64,000 nucleotides of DNA, from assembly GCA_963768055.1 (NCBI GenBank), contig CAVYGN010000001.1:1248001-1312000 (forward strand), in the 5' to 3' direction. Positions 9,913 through 21,472 of the stretch are shown here, in pieces. The notes under the pieces were generated by a model that searched no databases, was not told where the DNA came from, and saw only the letters and a list, made by a program, of their open reading frames with translations. The position numbers and the translations under genes are program-made. Origin of the DNA: an uncultured Spirochaetota bacterium (GTDB lineage: Bacteria > Spirochaetota > Brevinematia > Brevinematales > JAOACQ01). Within the stretch, counting starts at the first letter, position 1; the number at the start of each line of letters is the position of its first letter.

Positions 9913-11670
9913 TCAGCGGTTTTTAATTCTAAAACCATCTTCAAAACTCCCGCCCCTCAGTTCAAGCCCTTTATAAGCCTGGGCAGTACTGGGAAAAGGA
10001 TCGTGCCAGCAGTAGGCGGTTGTAATATTGGGTATATAATATTTATGGTTTTTATCTAAATAATACTCTGAAATTCCCGTAGGGCTCTGCCCATAATCGG
10101 CGGGTATTATGATTCTCCCGGGAATGCCGGATACATTATCTTTTAAATATGTCAAACCCCTGTTAGAAAAAAAATACCTGTCGAAAAGAAAAACTTCAAA
10201 TACTATAATAAACACTATCAATGCGGCCGAATAAAATTTTGAAATCATTATAAGACGGGTATTATTATTAATAAAACGTATTAATGCCGGTAAAATAACC
10301 AGAAGGCTGAAAACAGTAAATAACCCGGCTCCATACCTGACATCAGGTGCGCTGTAAAAAAGAAATAATACCCCGCATGCTGCACTGATATGGCATATCA
10401 GATAATTTTTATATTTTTTTATATAGGCCGGTAATTTTTTAATATGAAACGGCAATAAGGTCATGTAATATACCATGGATAGAAAAGCCGCTGTAAAAAG
10501 GGGCCAGATAACAAACTTGTACTGTATATTAAGGCCCATAAGCCATAACGGCAGGTATTTGAAAACAGACATATTGCCGATAGGGAATGACCAATCTTTT
10601 ATCCCGTTGATGTCATCCAGAACTATGTACCCGGGCATTTTCCAATCTACATTAAAAATACCTGTTTGAATCACCGGATAAACGACATAACCGGAAATAA
10701 TTACATTTCGAACCAGCCAGGGAAATATTATTAAACAGGATAATAATACTAATAAAAAGGCCTTGAATTTTCTCCGGAATAATTCACGGGCGGTAATATA
10801 AATAGCAAATAAAAACAATGGCGCTCCCGCAAGCTTGACAGTAATCAAATACGAAGTAAAGATAACGATGATTACACTGATAATATCGAATTCATAAACC
10901 CCCTGCTCTTCAATTTTATTAATGAACATCAAGAAAATCGTCCATATAATAATCGCATCGGGCATATCCGTACCGGGCGATGAAGAAAAATTCGTGTATA
11001 AATAAACCGATATCGGAAAAACAAAAGAAGCGGCGAGCCCGCTCAATCTGTTATGTTTTCTAAAAAAATCATCCGCCGTCGATAAAAAATAAAAAGCCCC
11101 GAATAAAAAAAATATCCCGTTTAAAACATGAAACGATTGCAGCTTAAAAAATGAAAAGCTGAATAAAGCGCAGGGCAAAAACCAGTTGTTGTCATAAGCT
11201 ATATTTCGATGAAAATTACCCAGGCCCGGAACGGCCTTATATTCCTCGATCCAGTGAATGGATTGCGCATGATATAAAGCCGTATCGAAATTTTTCGGCG
11301 TATAAATGGAAGTCTCGAATAATATTATAAGGAAAAGAATAAAAAAGGCGGCAAGGGAAAATATAGTGTTTTTTTTTAATTCGTTCACATGGGCCGTAAA
11401 ATAACCAGATATCTTTTTGTGTTCAAATAACAGGTAAATTACTGCTATTGAAATTACAAAAATGTTAACGATTAAACCGATTTTCATGAATATGGAAAAA
11501 CATGTAGCGATAGTCCCCAGAATACAAACCCCAAGGATCAGTACTATGGGAAGACGTGTTGTATCCGTTTTTTCAAATCCGAAAATCGTTTTCAATAATT
11601 CGATAGTCATCAGCCCGTAAATATAGCTTATAATTGTTATCCAGATCCATATAAGTAATGTCAGAAGCAT
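9913..11670 (-). CDS. Polytopic membrane protein, GT-C glycosyltransferase-like
   Basis: More than 12 TM segments; DTALYH...I.WIEEY..VPGLGN, SPGTD, RNVIISGY.VYP, APDVRYG motifs. Confidence 0.6.
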   Translation of the reverse strand: MLLTLLIWIWITIISYIYGLMTIELLKTIFGFEKTDTTRLPIVLILGVCILGTIATCFSIFMKIGLIVNIFVISIAVIYLLFEHKKISGYFTAHVNELKKNTIFSLAAFFILFLIILFETSIYTPKNFDTALYHAQSIHWIEEYKAVPGLGNFHRNIAYDNNWFLPCALFSFSFFKLQSFHVLNGIFFLFGAFYFLSTADDFFRKHNRLSGLAASFVFPISVYLYTNFSSSPGTDMPDAIIIWTIFLMFINKIEEQGVYEFDIISVIIVIFTSYLITVKLAGAPLFLFAIYITARELFRRKFKAFLLVLLSCLIIFPWLVRNVIISGYVVYPVIQTGIFNVDWKMPGYIVLDDINGIKDWSFPIGNMSVFKYLPLWLMGLNIQYKFVIWPLFTAAFLSMVYYMTLLPFHIKKLPAYIKKYKNYLICHISAACGVLFLFYSAPDVRYGAGLFTVFSLLVILPALIRFINNNTRLIMISKFYSAALIVFIIVFEVFLFDRYFFSNRGLTYLKDNVSGIPGRIIIPADYGQSPTGISEYYLDKNHKYYIPNITTAYCWHDPFPSTAQAYKGLELRGGSFEDGFRIKNR

Positions 11671-11682
11671 CTGTTACCTCGA

Positions 11683-13035
11683 CTAATAATCAGGAATCCG
11701 GTAGATTCCGCGCTTAACATAAATAAAGAGTTCCCTGGCCGATGAATCGCCCCATTCATCGGCCAGGGGATGCAATCCTTTTCCTGTTTCTTTCCAATTA
11801 TTCAAACTCGTTATCAAATTCTCTCTGTGTCTTTTCACCGGTTCATATTTAAGGCAGTAAATCAATCCGCAATAAAAGACTGACGATACAAGCGAGGCGG
11901 TAAATAAACGCCTGATCCAGATTGCATTATCATCTATCAATTCTACAAGGCTCAGATAAACTAATATAACGAACTGGATTGAAACAACGCGATAGCGTGA
12001 TGTAATAGCCTGGTCAAGCCCGATAGTATTTCCTCTTTCAATCATCGCACCGAAAGCTGTCAGCATCAAAAATATGAAAACGGCAAAGAGAGCCGGATTT
12101 TTCCTATCGTACCTTATAAAACAAAGAAATATAAAGTATGATGCAACGATTATTCCCACAATCAGGGGAATTATCCGGCTTAGTGCACCTAACAGGTTTC
12201 CGCCCTGTTGAATTATATAACTTGTAAAACTGGCGCCGAAGCAGTTTCCGATAAAATAAAAAAAATATAAAGGCATGAGCTCCAGCCCCTGTAAGGTAAA
12301 AACCGGGGTTTCTATCTTTCCGAAATTCCAATATAAAAAATCACCGGAATAATAGCGGTAAAATAATATCACAGGAATAGACAATAAAAGCCATAAAACG
12401 GATTTTTTCAAGTCTTTCCTATACAGCAGGAACAAAAGGCCGATTCCAAGGAATAATACCCCGTTTGCTTGAGAGAAATAGGCAGCTACGCTTAAAAAAT
12501 ATGCCAGAACGGTCCAGCCCCAATTGTCTGATTTTTCAGAAAGAATCAGAACCGAAAGATATCCAAAAGCCATAACATAAAAATTAGTCAGCGATGCCAT
12601 GCCGAAAAAGCTGTTTTCCGAATATCCCGTCTGAAAGAACATGAATACAGCCGGGACAAAAAGCATTATTTTATCGGTTTTCGGCCGGAACATGCGGTAA
12701 AGTGCAGAAATGATTACTATAAGTCCGGCATTGCCTATAAACTGCATCAGTCTTACATTTACATTTCCGAATAATAAATACTGAAGCAGGGTAACCAGCT
12801 TATTGAAAGGCTGTCGATGATCGTTCCAGAAACCCATTATGAGATTGAATCGCTCAAGCAGGGTTTTACTATCCAGATACCGGACCATGAACATATAAAC
12901 CGTCGTATAATCGTCATTATACGGAATATTTACAGAAAATATTGCAAGATTAATAAAAAAAACAAAGAGCGGAACCAGCATAATGGATAACCATGACAGT
13001 TCTTTCCGGCTTAACTTTAAACCTGCAAAATCCAT
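11683..13035 (-). CDS. Polytopic membrane protein, GT-C/glucosyltransferase-like
   Basis: NIPYNDDY, WNDHR, ITSRY motifs; multiple TM segments. Confidence 0.55.
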   Translation of the reverse strand: MDFAGLKLSRKELSWLSIMLVPLFVFFINLAIFSVNIPYNDDYTTVYMFMVRYLDSKTLLERFNLIMGFWNDHRQPFNKLVTLLQYLLFGNVNVRLMQFIGNAGLIVIISALYRMFRPKTDKIMLFVPAVFMFFQTGYSENSFFGMASLTNFYVMAFGYLSVLILSEKSDNWGWTVLAYFLSVAAYFSQANGVLFLGIGLLFLLYRKDLKKSVLWLLLSIPVILFYRYYSGDFLYWNFGKIETPVFTLQGLELMPLYFFYFIGNCFGASFTSYIIQQGGNLLGALSRIIPLIVGIIVASYFIFLCFIRYDRKNPALFAVFIFLMLTAFGAMIERGNTIGLDQAITSRYRVVSIQFVILVYLSLVELIDDNAIWIRRLFTASLVSSVFYCGLIYCLKYEPVKRHRENLITSLNNWKETGKGLHPLADEWGDSSARELFIYVKRGIYRIPDY

Positions 13036-13102
13036 AAATCTAAATTCTCCAGTCTTAGATCAGTGCTGTACAGGAAACCTGATCCCCGATCAAAACTTTT
13101 AA

Positions 13103-14668
13103 TTATAGACTCGTTAAAGCATTATCGGATAGATACGGCCAGATATCATTTTTAGGGTCGTTAAACCTTTCCCTGATAGACGAGAAATTAATAGGATTGA
13201 TAATTGTAACCGAATCCTTATATAAATCTACTTTATAAGGCTTTATCCTGTTTAATTTTTCATCAAGAAATACAATGACAACCGGCTTATCCAATGATGA
13301 TTTATTGACATCCGCAACCAATCCGATCTTTTCATCCCTTAGAAAAACCCAGCTTCCTACCGGGTACATGGAAGCCGCGCGAATAAAAGCGTAAATAACA
13401 TCCCCGTCAAATTTAATCCTTTCATTGCTTAAAAGGTTCATTAAAAACTCCCTTGGATTCAGGGGTTTTTCTACAAAGGGATTTTTTGTAGTTGACTCGA
13501 TAAAGTGTTCCGCAAACATAAGGACGGGAGTATATTTAGAAAACAAATGAGGAAGAGTTCCGTTCGGCCTTCCGGAACCGTCAAAACGTTCATTATGCTG
13601 GAATACCGCATTCTGGACTTCGAAATCGATATTAAGCTTTTTTGATAAATGAAAACCCTCGCTGGGATGAAGCTCATTAATTCTCTGGTTAGTAACGCCG
13701 AATTTAAAGCCCGGATTCATATTGGGCACGTATTTTTTTAAGCTGATATCATGGAGAAAGGCAGATATTCCGACATTGATCAAATCCTCAAGCGAGAAGA
13801 ATTTTTTACTGAGGGATAAAAAAGTGTCAAATTCGTTTTCTTTTAAAATCTCTGTTTTTCCCTGTACCATTTTAGTCATTTCTATCGCTGTAATGAGTGA
13901 AATAATTACAACCTGCAGAGAATGATAGGATAAAAAATCCCTGAAATGATCTTCCTGAATAATCCTTGCCAGGAGCCCTATGGACAATCTATAACCGATA
14001 TCGCCCATAAGATCGGCGATAATATCTTCGACAAATGAGCTGTAAACAGTTTGATCGTTAATAACCGCATTTAAAAAGATCTCGGCGTTTGTTTCATAGG
14101 TTTCCATTTTTTTAGCTAAATCCAGCGCGGTTATTGATCCGATTTGTTCAAGGCCCTCCAGGTCAGAAGAGGAAATGGAAAACTCATTGATAACCTTCAT
14201 GGATTCTTCTATAAATTGAATACTGCTCTTTTTTAAAGCCTTGCTGAATTTGTCTTTCTGCTTCTGCTGTTTTTCATTTATCTTTTCCAGGTAATTTTCA
14301 CCCCTGATCCATTCCTTTTTTAATTCTACTATTTCCTGCAAATTGCCGCATTGAGTTATATCCGAAATGGATGTTATTTTTTGCTGACCGGTCATTTCCT
14401 TTTTTGAAATTTCATCTTTCAATTCCTTCCTGTAAATATCATTGACAGATATACCGGAACCGTCATCCTCTTCCGTATATTCGCTTTCCAGAAGAAAAAC
14501 CTGTGTTTTATGAATATTATGCTGTATGATTTTATTGATATCCAATAATGAAAGGACATGACCCCTGGTTAAACCGCATATATTGATATTCTCGCTGAGA
14601 ACATTACCGGGTTTCAATTCACTGACATTAACTTCCTTCAGATTCCGATAATATTTTTGTCCTGCCAT
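13103..14668 (-). CDS. HD-GYP domain protein, degenerate
   Basis: LHDI, QHNERFDGSGRPNG, KFDG, YPVGSWV. Confidence 0.75.
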   Translation of the reverse strand: MAGQKYYRNLKEVNVSELKPGNVLSENINICGLTRGHVLSLLDINKIIQHNIHKTQVFLLESEYTEEDDGSGISVNDIYRKELKDEISKKEMTGQQKITSISDITQCGNLQEIVELKKEWIRGENYLEKINEKQQKQKDKFSKALKKSSIQFIEESMKVINEFSISSSDLEGLEQIGSITALDLAKKMETYETNAEIFLNAVINDQTVYSSFVEDIIADLMGDIGYRLSIGLLARIIQEDHFRDFLSYHSLQVVIISLITAIEMTKMVQGKTEILKENEFDTFLSLSKKFFSLEDLINVGISAFLHDISLKKYVPNMNPGFKFGVTNQRINELHPSEGFHLSKKLNIDFEVQNAVFQHNERFDGSGRPNGTLPHLFSKYTPVLMFAEHFIESTTKNPFVEKPLNPREFLMNLLSNERIKFDGDVIYAFIRAASMYPVGSWVFLRDEKIGLVADVNKSSLDKPVVIVFLDEKLNRIKPYKVDLYKDSVTIINPINFSSIRERFNDPKNDIWPYLSDNALTSL

Positions 14669-14788
14669 CCCATTTCACCTCACTTCGAGTAACCCCTATC
14701 CCCTTTAAATAATATAGAATGCCGCCTGATATATATCAAATTTTCTTCGTCCCAATTTGAATAATTGATTTTTGGATGATATACTTAT

Positions 14789-14834
14789 GGGCAGTTCTCA
14801 TAATTCAAGAATATTGTACATAGCCTATGCGCCC
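14789..14834 (-). repeat. Minimal family A repeat (ends only)
   Basis: GGGCAGTTCTCATAATTCAAGAATATTG...GCGCCC matches both ends of the longer copies. Confidence 0.55.
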
Positions 14835-14870
14835 TTATTGATTTTTGTCGTTAAAATGGGGGAAAACCTT

Positions 14871-15413
14871 ATGCCTGAAAATAAATGGCATTCAACTACA
14901 GTCATTTGTGTTAGAAAAGAAGATTATATCGCGATGGCGGGAGACGGCCAGGTAACTCTTGGAGAAACTGTCATAAAGAGCAACGCAGTCAAGATAAGAA
15001 AGCTTTTTAAGGATACTGTTCTCGCCGGTTTTGCAGGCTCGGCCGCCGATGCATTCGCTTTGCTGGAAAAATTCGAGACAAAACTGGAGGAATATTCCGG
15101 GGACATAGTTAAATCAAGCGTTAGCCTGGCCAAGGATTGGCGGCTCGATAAATACTTAAGACAACTTGAAGCGATGCTGATCGTTGCGAATAATAAAAAC
15201 ACTCTGCTTATTTCCGGAAACGGTAATATTATCGAACCCGAGGATAATATCGCCGCGATTGGTTCAGGGGCTCCCTATGCCAGGGCTGCAGCGCTTGCTT
15301 TTTTATCCTCGAACCCGGACATGGCGATAAAGGATGTCGCTTACCAGTCGCTTAAAATCGCTTCAAGGATCTGTATATATACCAATGACAGCATAACCGT
15401 AGAAGTTCTGTAA
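14871..15413 (+). CDS. hslV: ATP-dependent protease subunit HslV
   Basis: HSTTVI...GDGQVT, AGFAGSAADA, IGSG, ICIYTN; start moved to ATG 14871. Confidence 0.96.
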   Translation: MPENKWHSTTVICVRKEDYIAMAGDGQVTLGETVIKSNAVKIRKLFKDTVLAGFAGSAADAFALLEKFETKLEEYSGDIVKSSVSLAKDWRLDKYLRQLEAMLIVANNKNTLLISGNGNIIEPEDNIAAIGSGAPYARAAALAFLSSNPDMAIKDVAYQSLKIASRICIYTNDSITVEVL

Positions 15414-15427
15414 TATCAGGATTAAAT

Positions 15428-16819
15428 ATGGCAAACCGCAGAAACTCAATCGTTGAAATAAATGAAACTTTGAATGATTTCAAACCTATTGAAATCGTGA
15501 AGTCTCTTGATAATTATATTATTGGCCAGGAAAGGGCAAAAAGGCTTGTCGCTATTGCTCTGAGGAACAGGTTAAGAAGAAAATTCGTTTCTGACGAACT
15601 GAAGGACGAAATTGCCCCCAAGAATATTCTTATGATCGGCCCTACAGGGGTTGGGAAAACTGAAATTGCCCGCAGGATGGCCCAGATCCTTGACGCTCCA
15701 TTCCTTAAAGTTGAAGCGACGAAATTCACTGAAAGGGGATACGTAGGAAGGGACGTCGAATATATGATAAGGGCCCTTGTAAACTTTTCTGTTAATATAA
15801 TAAAGTCCAGAATGAAAGAAGTGGCAAAAGAGGATGTTTATTCCGATGTGCTTAAAGTAATTCAAAAAAATGTATTTGATGAACTTGCCCATTCGGGAGA
15901 TTTGAACGGTGAAAATATAACGATTGACAAAACAAAGGCTAGAAACGATATCAAAAAAAGGGTAAGGGGCAATGATTTTGACAGTATGAAAATAAGCATC
16001 AAACTGCGAAAAAAGTCATTGCCTATATTCCCCATGGTTGAGATCTTTCCCGGCATGGACGAAGGCGAAGGATCTTTCCAATCTATGTTCAATGACATGG
16101 GTATGGGTATGGAATCGGAGGAGATGAAAAGGATAACCGTTAAAGAAGCCAAAGAAGCCTTGACGCAACAATATATGGAAGACAGGATTGATAAAGACAA
16201 GGCGATAGAAATCGGGATCAGGTGGGCCCAGGAAATGGGTATTGTCTTTATAGATGAAATTGATAAAATAGCAGATAAGGCAAAGGGTCAGGGACCAGAT
16301 GTATCGAGGGAAGGAGTCCAGAGAGACATCCTGCCGATTGTCGAAGGGACATCTGTGAGCACAAAATATGGAACAGTAAAAACGGATCATATGCTTTTTA
16401 TCGCTGCCGGGGCTTTTCATGTATCGAAACCGTCCGATATGATACCCGAACTGCAGGGCCGTTTTCCAATACGGGTAGAACTTAACAGTTTACGAAAAGA
16501 AGACCTGAAAAGGATCCTTGTAGAACCTAAAAATTCGCTGATAAAACAATATAAAGCCCTGCTTTACACAGAAGGCGTTGACCTGGATTTCGAAGAGGGG
16601 GCTTTCGATAAAATCGTTGAAATTGCATATGAAATCAACAAAACCGTAGAGGATATCGGGGCAAGAAGGCTGCATACGGTTCTCGAATACCTTCTGGAGG
16701 ATATATCATTCGAGGCGCCTTCAATGAAGGAGAAAAGTATAACATTAACCGAGGATTACGTGATAAAAAGATTAAGTTCGATAGTCAAGAGCATCGACCT
16801 TACAAAATATATTCTATAG
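15428..16819 (+). CDS. hslU: ATP-dependent protease ATPase subunit HslU
   Basis: GPTGVGKTEIARR, FIDEIDK, REGVQRDILP, ELQGRFPIRVEL. Confidence 0.97.
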   Translation: MANRRNSIVEINETLNDFKPIEIVKSLDNYIIGQERAKRLVAIALRNRLRRKFVSDELKDEIAPKNILMIGPTGVGKTEIARRMAQILDAPFLKVEATKFTERGYVGRDVEYMIRALVNFSVNIIKSRMKEVAKEDVYSDVLKVIQKNVFDELAHSGDLNGENITIDKTKARNDIKKRVRGNDFDSMKISIKLRKKSLPIFPMVEIFPGMDEGEGSFQSMFNDMGMGMESEEMKRITVKEAKEALTQQYMEDRIDKDKAIEIGIRWAQEMGIVFIDEIDKIADKAKGQGPDVSREGVQRDILPIVEGTSVSTKYGTVKTDHMLFIAAGAFHVSKPSDMIPELQGRFPIRVELNSLRKEDLKRILVEPKNSLIKQYKALLYTEGVDLDFEEGAFDKIVEIAYEINKTVEDIGARRLHTVLEYLLEDISFEAPSMKEKSITLTEDYVIKRLSSIVKSIDLTKYIL

Positions 16820-16827
16820 GTCAATTT

Positions 16828-17409
16828 ATGAATTTCATTAAATATTCAGCGGTATTGTTATTCATCATAAGCCTTATGGCAGTTCTTATGTACGGTATAT
16901 TTATTGAATTTATGCCTGTATCATATGATACGATAGCAAGGCATAGCATCGGCGTTGTTTTCGGTGCCGGCATTACAAAATCAAGCGAGCCAAGCCCGGC
17001 TTTAAAATTCAGGCTCGATAAGTCTATAGATCTTTACAGTGAGCAGAAAATTAAAATGATTTTCATCAGCGGCCAGTCCGCTGAAGCGACCGTTATGAAA
17101 AACTACCTCATAAAAAAAGGGATCCCTGTACGGAATATCATAGTTGATGAAAGAGGTGAAACAACTTTTATAACGGTTGAGAATGTTAAAAAATATATTC
17201 ATTTCTTCGATATTGACGACGGAGCTGTCTTCATAAGCCAGAAATATCACATCCCAAGAATAATTTTCATCGTTCAAAAACTGCATATTGAAAACGCCGA
17301 ATTTATTGCGGCCGTTCCGAACAAGGTTAATATTTTCGAAGTGTCAATGATCGTCTCAAGGGAGACTTTCGCATGGCTTAAGAATATGTTTTTTGATCAT
17401 GAGATATGA
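16828..17409 (+). CDS. SanA/YdcF (DUF218) family protein
   Basis: VVFGAG...RLD, ISG...EA..M, SQKYHIPR, RE.FA. Confidence 0.8.
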   Translation: MNFIKYSAVLLFIISLMAVLMYGIFIEFMPVSYDTIARHSIGVVFGAGITKSSEPSPALKFRLDKSIDLYSEQKIKMIFISGQSAEATVMKNYLIKKGIPVRNIIVDERGETTFITVENVKKYIHFFDIDDGAVFISQKYHIPRIIFIVQKLHIENAEFIAAVPNKVNIFEVSMIVSRETFAWLKNMFFDHEI

Positions 17410-18131
17410 CCGAAGCGAATATAACCGAGATATTCCATTCTTTTCAGGGTGAAGGGTTCCTGGCGGGTAAACCCTTTCTATTTGTAAGGTTCGGCGGATG
17501 CAATATCAATTGTTCCTACTGCGACACAAAATGGTCGAACCGGAAGAAAAAAAATTGTATTGTTAAAATGGATGATAAAAAAATAAAATTAAAAAACCCG
17601 ATAACAATAGATCAATTTGCCGGGCTCCTCAAGTATTTCAAATTTTCTTTCATTTCATTTACCGGCGGTGAACCATTGCTCTATTCCGATTTCATCGAGG
17701 AGGCCCTGCCGCTGCTTCAAAATAAACAGGTCCTTATTGAAACTAACGGTACCTTATTCGAAAAAGTCACTGAAAAGCTAATCGACAATATAACATATTG
17801 GTCGGTTGACATTAAGCTTTTCAGCACCTCGAAACTTTTAACGGACAGAAACCACAAGCGTTTTTTAAATAAGATATCGGGCGGGAAGAATATTTTGATT
17901 AAATGCGTATTTTCACCGGGATCAAAAAAATCAGAACTTTTTTCTGCATTTAAAATGGCCTGTGAAATTTGTAAAAAAAACGCCAATACCAATCTGACTT
18001 TTCAGCCTTTGACAGTAAATAACAATATAAAACCAGGAAAAAATATAGAAATTATCAGGGCTTTATCTGAAAAAGGCGGGGTCGATGTTCGCCTTATCCC
18101 GCAGATACACAGGATTTTACATATTAAATAG
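17406..18131 (+). CDS. queE: 7-carboxy-7-deazaguanine synthase (radical SAM)
   Basis: EIFHSFQGEG, CNINCSYCDT, TGGEPL, IETNGT, PQIH. Confidence 0.85.
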   Translation: MTEANITEIFHSFQGEGFLAGKPFLFVRFGGCNINCSYCDTKWSNRKKKNCIVKMDDKKIKLKNPITIDQFAGLLKYFKFSFISFTGGEPLLYSDFIEEALPLLQNKQVLIETNGTLFEKVTEKLIDNITYWSVDIKLFSTSKLLTDRNHKRFLNKISGGKNILIKCVFSPGSKKSELFSAFKMACEICKKNANTNLTFQPLTVNNNIKPGKNIEIIRALSEKGGVDVRLIPQIHRILHIK

Positions 18132-18136
18132 CATTA

Positions 18137-18997
18137 TCAGGATCTCTTTGAAAAGAACCGGTAAGCATTTTTCTTTATAAGGGGTAATAAAATAAAATAA
18201 TAAATCAGCCATATTACCGCCAGGATAATAAGGATCTTTTTATTGACGATGAATAGAAAGACAAAAGCTGAGCCTGTTAGCAAATAAAACAGTAACGGAT
18301 AATACTTATTCTTTTTTAAGATTTTTTTTTTCAGGTATGCTATCGATTTGATTTTGCTTTCTTTAATTATTTCTTTTTTACTTCTATTATGAAAATAATT
18401 TATTTTATAAAATTGAGACGACCTGTCCTCCGTCATTACTTTAATAAAAAAATAAATGCCTTTCATAGATACTAAAAAACTGGTCTTTATATATTCTATC
18501 TGCTTTGTCTTATCTGTAATGATCGAATCAAGCAGTCCGGACAGCGATTTGATAAAATTTCTGTCAAACCCGGTTTTCATATATGACAGCAGATACAAAG
18601 CAATCAACGTTGTAAGTTTTGTCCGGGGTGTTTCGATTGAAGCCCAGTCAGTATTTCTAACCTTAATAACAAGATCATTCTCTTTTTTAAAATCCATATC
18701 GGGGGAATAGTGGTCAATAATAGTAAGTATCATGTTATGGATACTGTCATCCAGTATGAATCCTACAGATTCATATGGGAAAAAAAACAAGCCCGGGGTC
18801 AACTCTTTGAACATTACGCCTTCCTCTTCCCATGCATCCCTGTTGACCAGGGTATTCCCCCCTTCATAATTCTCGACAAGATAATGCTTGAGATATGGCG
18901 TCTCAACAAGATATTTTAAAACATTCCAGTAAGAAATGACGTTTTCAAACTCTGCAGTGTATAGATCATTCCCGATATATTTTATTTTTAGCGGCAT
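18137..18997 (-). CDS. Hypothetical protein with two C-terminal TM helices
   Basis: Long ORF filling the gap; no motif recognised; start uncertain. Confidence 0.6.
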   Translation of the reverse strand: MPLKIKYIGNDLYTAEFENVISYWNVLKYLVETPYLKHYLVENYEGGNTLVNRDAWEEEGVMFKELTPGLFFFPYESVGFILDDSIHNMILTIIDHYSPDMDFKKENDLVIKVRNTDWASIETPRTKLTTLIALYLLSYMKTGFDRNFIKSLSGLLDSIITDKTKQIEYIKTSFLVSMKGIYFFIKVMTEDRSSQFYKINYFHNRSKKEIIKESKIKSIAYLKKKILKKNKYYPLLFYLLTGSAFVFLFIVNKKILIILAVIWLIYYFILLPLIKKNAYRFFSKRS

Positions 18998-19154
18998 TAA
19001 ATTTCCCCAGATTAGACTCGACAATTATAATACTATCTTATTCAAAATCCTGCAAATTTTTATTTTGAATCCTGATCTGAGCCACAGTTTTCGAAATTTC
19101 ATGAAGAATAAAAAATTTGCTTGCAAATTTCAGGGATTCTGTTATGATAGTTAT

Positions 19155-19240
19155 GGACGGCTTTCATATCGGCAATCTCCTGACTACATGCATGAGGCAC
19201 AGGTCCTGGAAGGGCTTGTCCCTGAGTTATAAAACTGCCC
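19155..19240 (+). repeat. Degenerate family A repeat
   Basis: Right end TATAAAACTGCCC, internal GCACAGGTCCTGG resembling the core, imperfect inverted left end. Confidence 0.45.
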
Positions 19241-19255
19241 ATAAGGATGATTTAA

Positions 19256-21451
19256 ATGAATTATATTGATGAAAATTCATTGGCAAAAATAATCAATTTT
19301 GAACATTATGATCCTTTTGAAGTTTTGGGTTATCATGAAATTTCTATAAACGGGGAAAAGTCCGGTTCTATAAGCGCTTTCATCCCGGCCGCAAAAGGTA
19401 TTTCTGTTATTGAGATTCAAACAGGCCGGGAAACGCCGATGGAACTCATTCATCCCGACGGTTTCTATATTTACATCAATTTATCGGGACCTGAATTCTT
19501 CCCCTATGAGTTAAAAATCATTTATGATAATGGATATACGCAAATAACACGCGATCCCTATTCGTTTCTTCCTGTAATTTCAGAGTATGACAGGCATTTA
19601 TTTAATGAAGGAAGCCATCAGGAAGCATATGAAAAACTCGGAGCCCATATTATTAATATTGACGGCGTTAATGGCGTCCATTTTGCAGTTTGGGCCCCGA
19701 ATGCAAGAGCCGCCAGTGTTATCGGAGATTTTAACGGCTGGGATACCCGGCGTCATCAAATGCGGGTATTAGGCCAATCAGGCATATGGGAAATTTTTAT
19801 TCCGGGCATTTCCGAGGGTGATATTTATAAGTTTGCAATTAAAACAAAAGACGGCTCGGTTTTTTTTAAAGCCGATCCATTTGCATATTATTCCGAACTT
19901 AGGCCCAAGACAGGCTCAATTGTCTGGAATATAGGCAAATTTGAATGGAGCGACAGGGATTGGCTGGTTAAAAGGGACAGCGGTCGCAATCTCGATAAAC
20001 CGATGACAATTTATGAGCTCCATCTAGGCTCATGGATGCGGGTGCCTGACGAAAACAACCGTTCCCTGACCTACAGAGAGGCCGCAGTCAAAATCACCGA
20101 ATATATAAAAAAAATGAATTATACTCATATTGAGTTGATGCCGGTTGCGGAACACCCTTTCGACGGGTCATGGGGTTATCAGATTACCGGTTATTTCGCT
20201 CCTACAAGCCGTTTCGGGACTCCGGAAGATTTCATGTATTTTATCGATTATCTCCATCAAAATGAGATTGGAGTACTTATTGACTGGGTTCCGGGCCATT
20301 TTCCCAAGGATGCGCATGGCTTATGCTGGTTTGACGGGACAGCACTTTATGAGCATTACGATGACAGGAAAGGAGAGCAAAGAGACTGGGGTACGAAGAT
20401 ATTCAATTTCGGCAGGAACGAAGTCAGGAATTTTTTGATATCAAACGCCCTGTTCTGGCTTGGAAAGTACCATATAGACGGGTTCAGGGTCGATGCTGTA
20501 GCTTCTATGCTATATCTTGACTACAGCCGGAAGGAAGGGGAATGGATTCCTAACCAGTACGGCGGAAGGGAAAATCTGGAAGCGATAGATTTTATTAAAA
20601 AGATGAACGAACTTGTTTACAACCGCTTTCCAGGCGCGATGACTATCGCTGAAGAATCCACGGCATTCGGCGGTGTATCGAGGCCGACATACGTTGGAGG
20701 GCTGGGTTTCGAATTTAAATGGAATATGGGATGGATGCATGACTCCCTGGTCTATTTCAGTAAAGAACCGGTTTATAGAAAATATCACCAGGGGACTCTC
20801 ACTTTCTCAATGATATACGCTTTTAGTGAAAATTTCATACTTGTACTTTCTCATGATGAAGTGGTTCATGGAAAAGCATCTCTGCTGTCCAAAATGCCGG
20901 GGGACATATGGCAAAAATTTGCTAATTTAAGGCTTCTGTACACATATATGTTTACTCACCCGGGTAAAAAAATGCTTTTTATGGGACAGGAATTCGGACA
21001 ATGGGACGAATGGAATGCGGATAAAAGTTTAGACTGGCATCTTACTGCATACGAACCCCATTACAGGCTCCAGAAATTAGTTTCCGATCTCAACTTTTTG
21101 TACAGGAACGAACCGGCCCTTTACGAGATAGATTTTGAACCCGGCGGATTCGAGTGGATAGATTTTTACGATTCCGACAATAGTATTATCAGCTTTATCA
21201 GGAGGGCTAAGGACGGAAAATTCATAGTTGCTGCACTTAATTTTACGCCTGTGCTCCGTAACAATTATAAAATAGGAGCTATAGCTAAAGGCTTTTACAG
21301 GGAAATTTTCAATTCCGATTCCGTCAAATACGGCGGCAGCGATAACGGAAACAACCCGGGAATTACATCATCCGACGAACCCTGGAACGGCAAACCCTTT
21401 TCTCTGGAAATAACACTACCGCCGCTCGCAGGTGTGGTTTTTAAACTGTAA
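19256..21451 (+). CDS. glgB: 1,4-alpha-glucan branching enzyme
   Basis: [45 protein letters not shown]. Confidence 0.97.
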   Translation: MNYIDENSLAKIINFEHYDPFEVLGYHEISINGEKSGSISAFIPAAKGISVIEIQTGRETPMELIHPDGFYIYINLSGPEFFPYELKIIYDNGYTQITRDPYSFLPVISEYDRHLFNEGSHQEAYEKLGAHIINIDGVNGVHFAVWAPNARAASVIGDFNGWDTRRHQMRVLGQSGIWEIFIPGISEGDIYKFAIKTKDGSVFFKADPFAYYSELRPKTGSIVWNIGKFEWSDRDWLVKRDSGRNLDKPMTIYELHLGSWMRVPDENNRSLTYREAAVKITEYIKKMNYTHIELMPVAEHPFDGSWGYQITGYFAPTSRFGTPEDFMYFIDYLHQNEIGVLIDWVPGHFPKDAHGLCWFDGTALYEHYDDRKGEQRDWGTKIFNFGRNEVRNFLISNALFWLGKYHIDGFRVDAVASMLYLDYSRKEGEWIPNQYGGRENLEAIDFIKKMNELVYNRFPGAMTIAEESTAFGGVSRPTYVGGLGFEFKWNMGWMHDSLVYFSKEPVYRKYHQGTLTFSMIYAFSENFILVLSHDEVVHGKASLLSKMPGDIWQKFANLRLLYTYMFTHPGKKMLFMGQEFGQWDEWNADKSLDWHLTAYEPHYRLQKLVSDLNFLYRNEPALYEIDFEPGGFEWIDFYDSDNSIISFIRRAKDGKFIVAALNFTPVLRNNYKIGAIAKGFYREIFNSDSVKYGGSDNGNNPGITSSDEPWNGKPFSLEITLPPLAGVVFKL

Positions 21452-21472
21452 TCGGAAAAGGGGGTATAGGCA

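Noticed and set aside
14772..14870. N-terminal extension of HslV in the ORF track
   Set aside because: It runs through a repeat element; the mature Thr lies just after ATG 14871.
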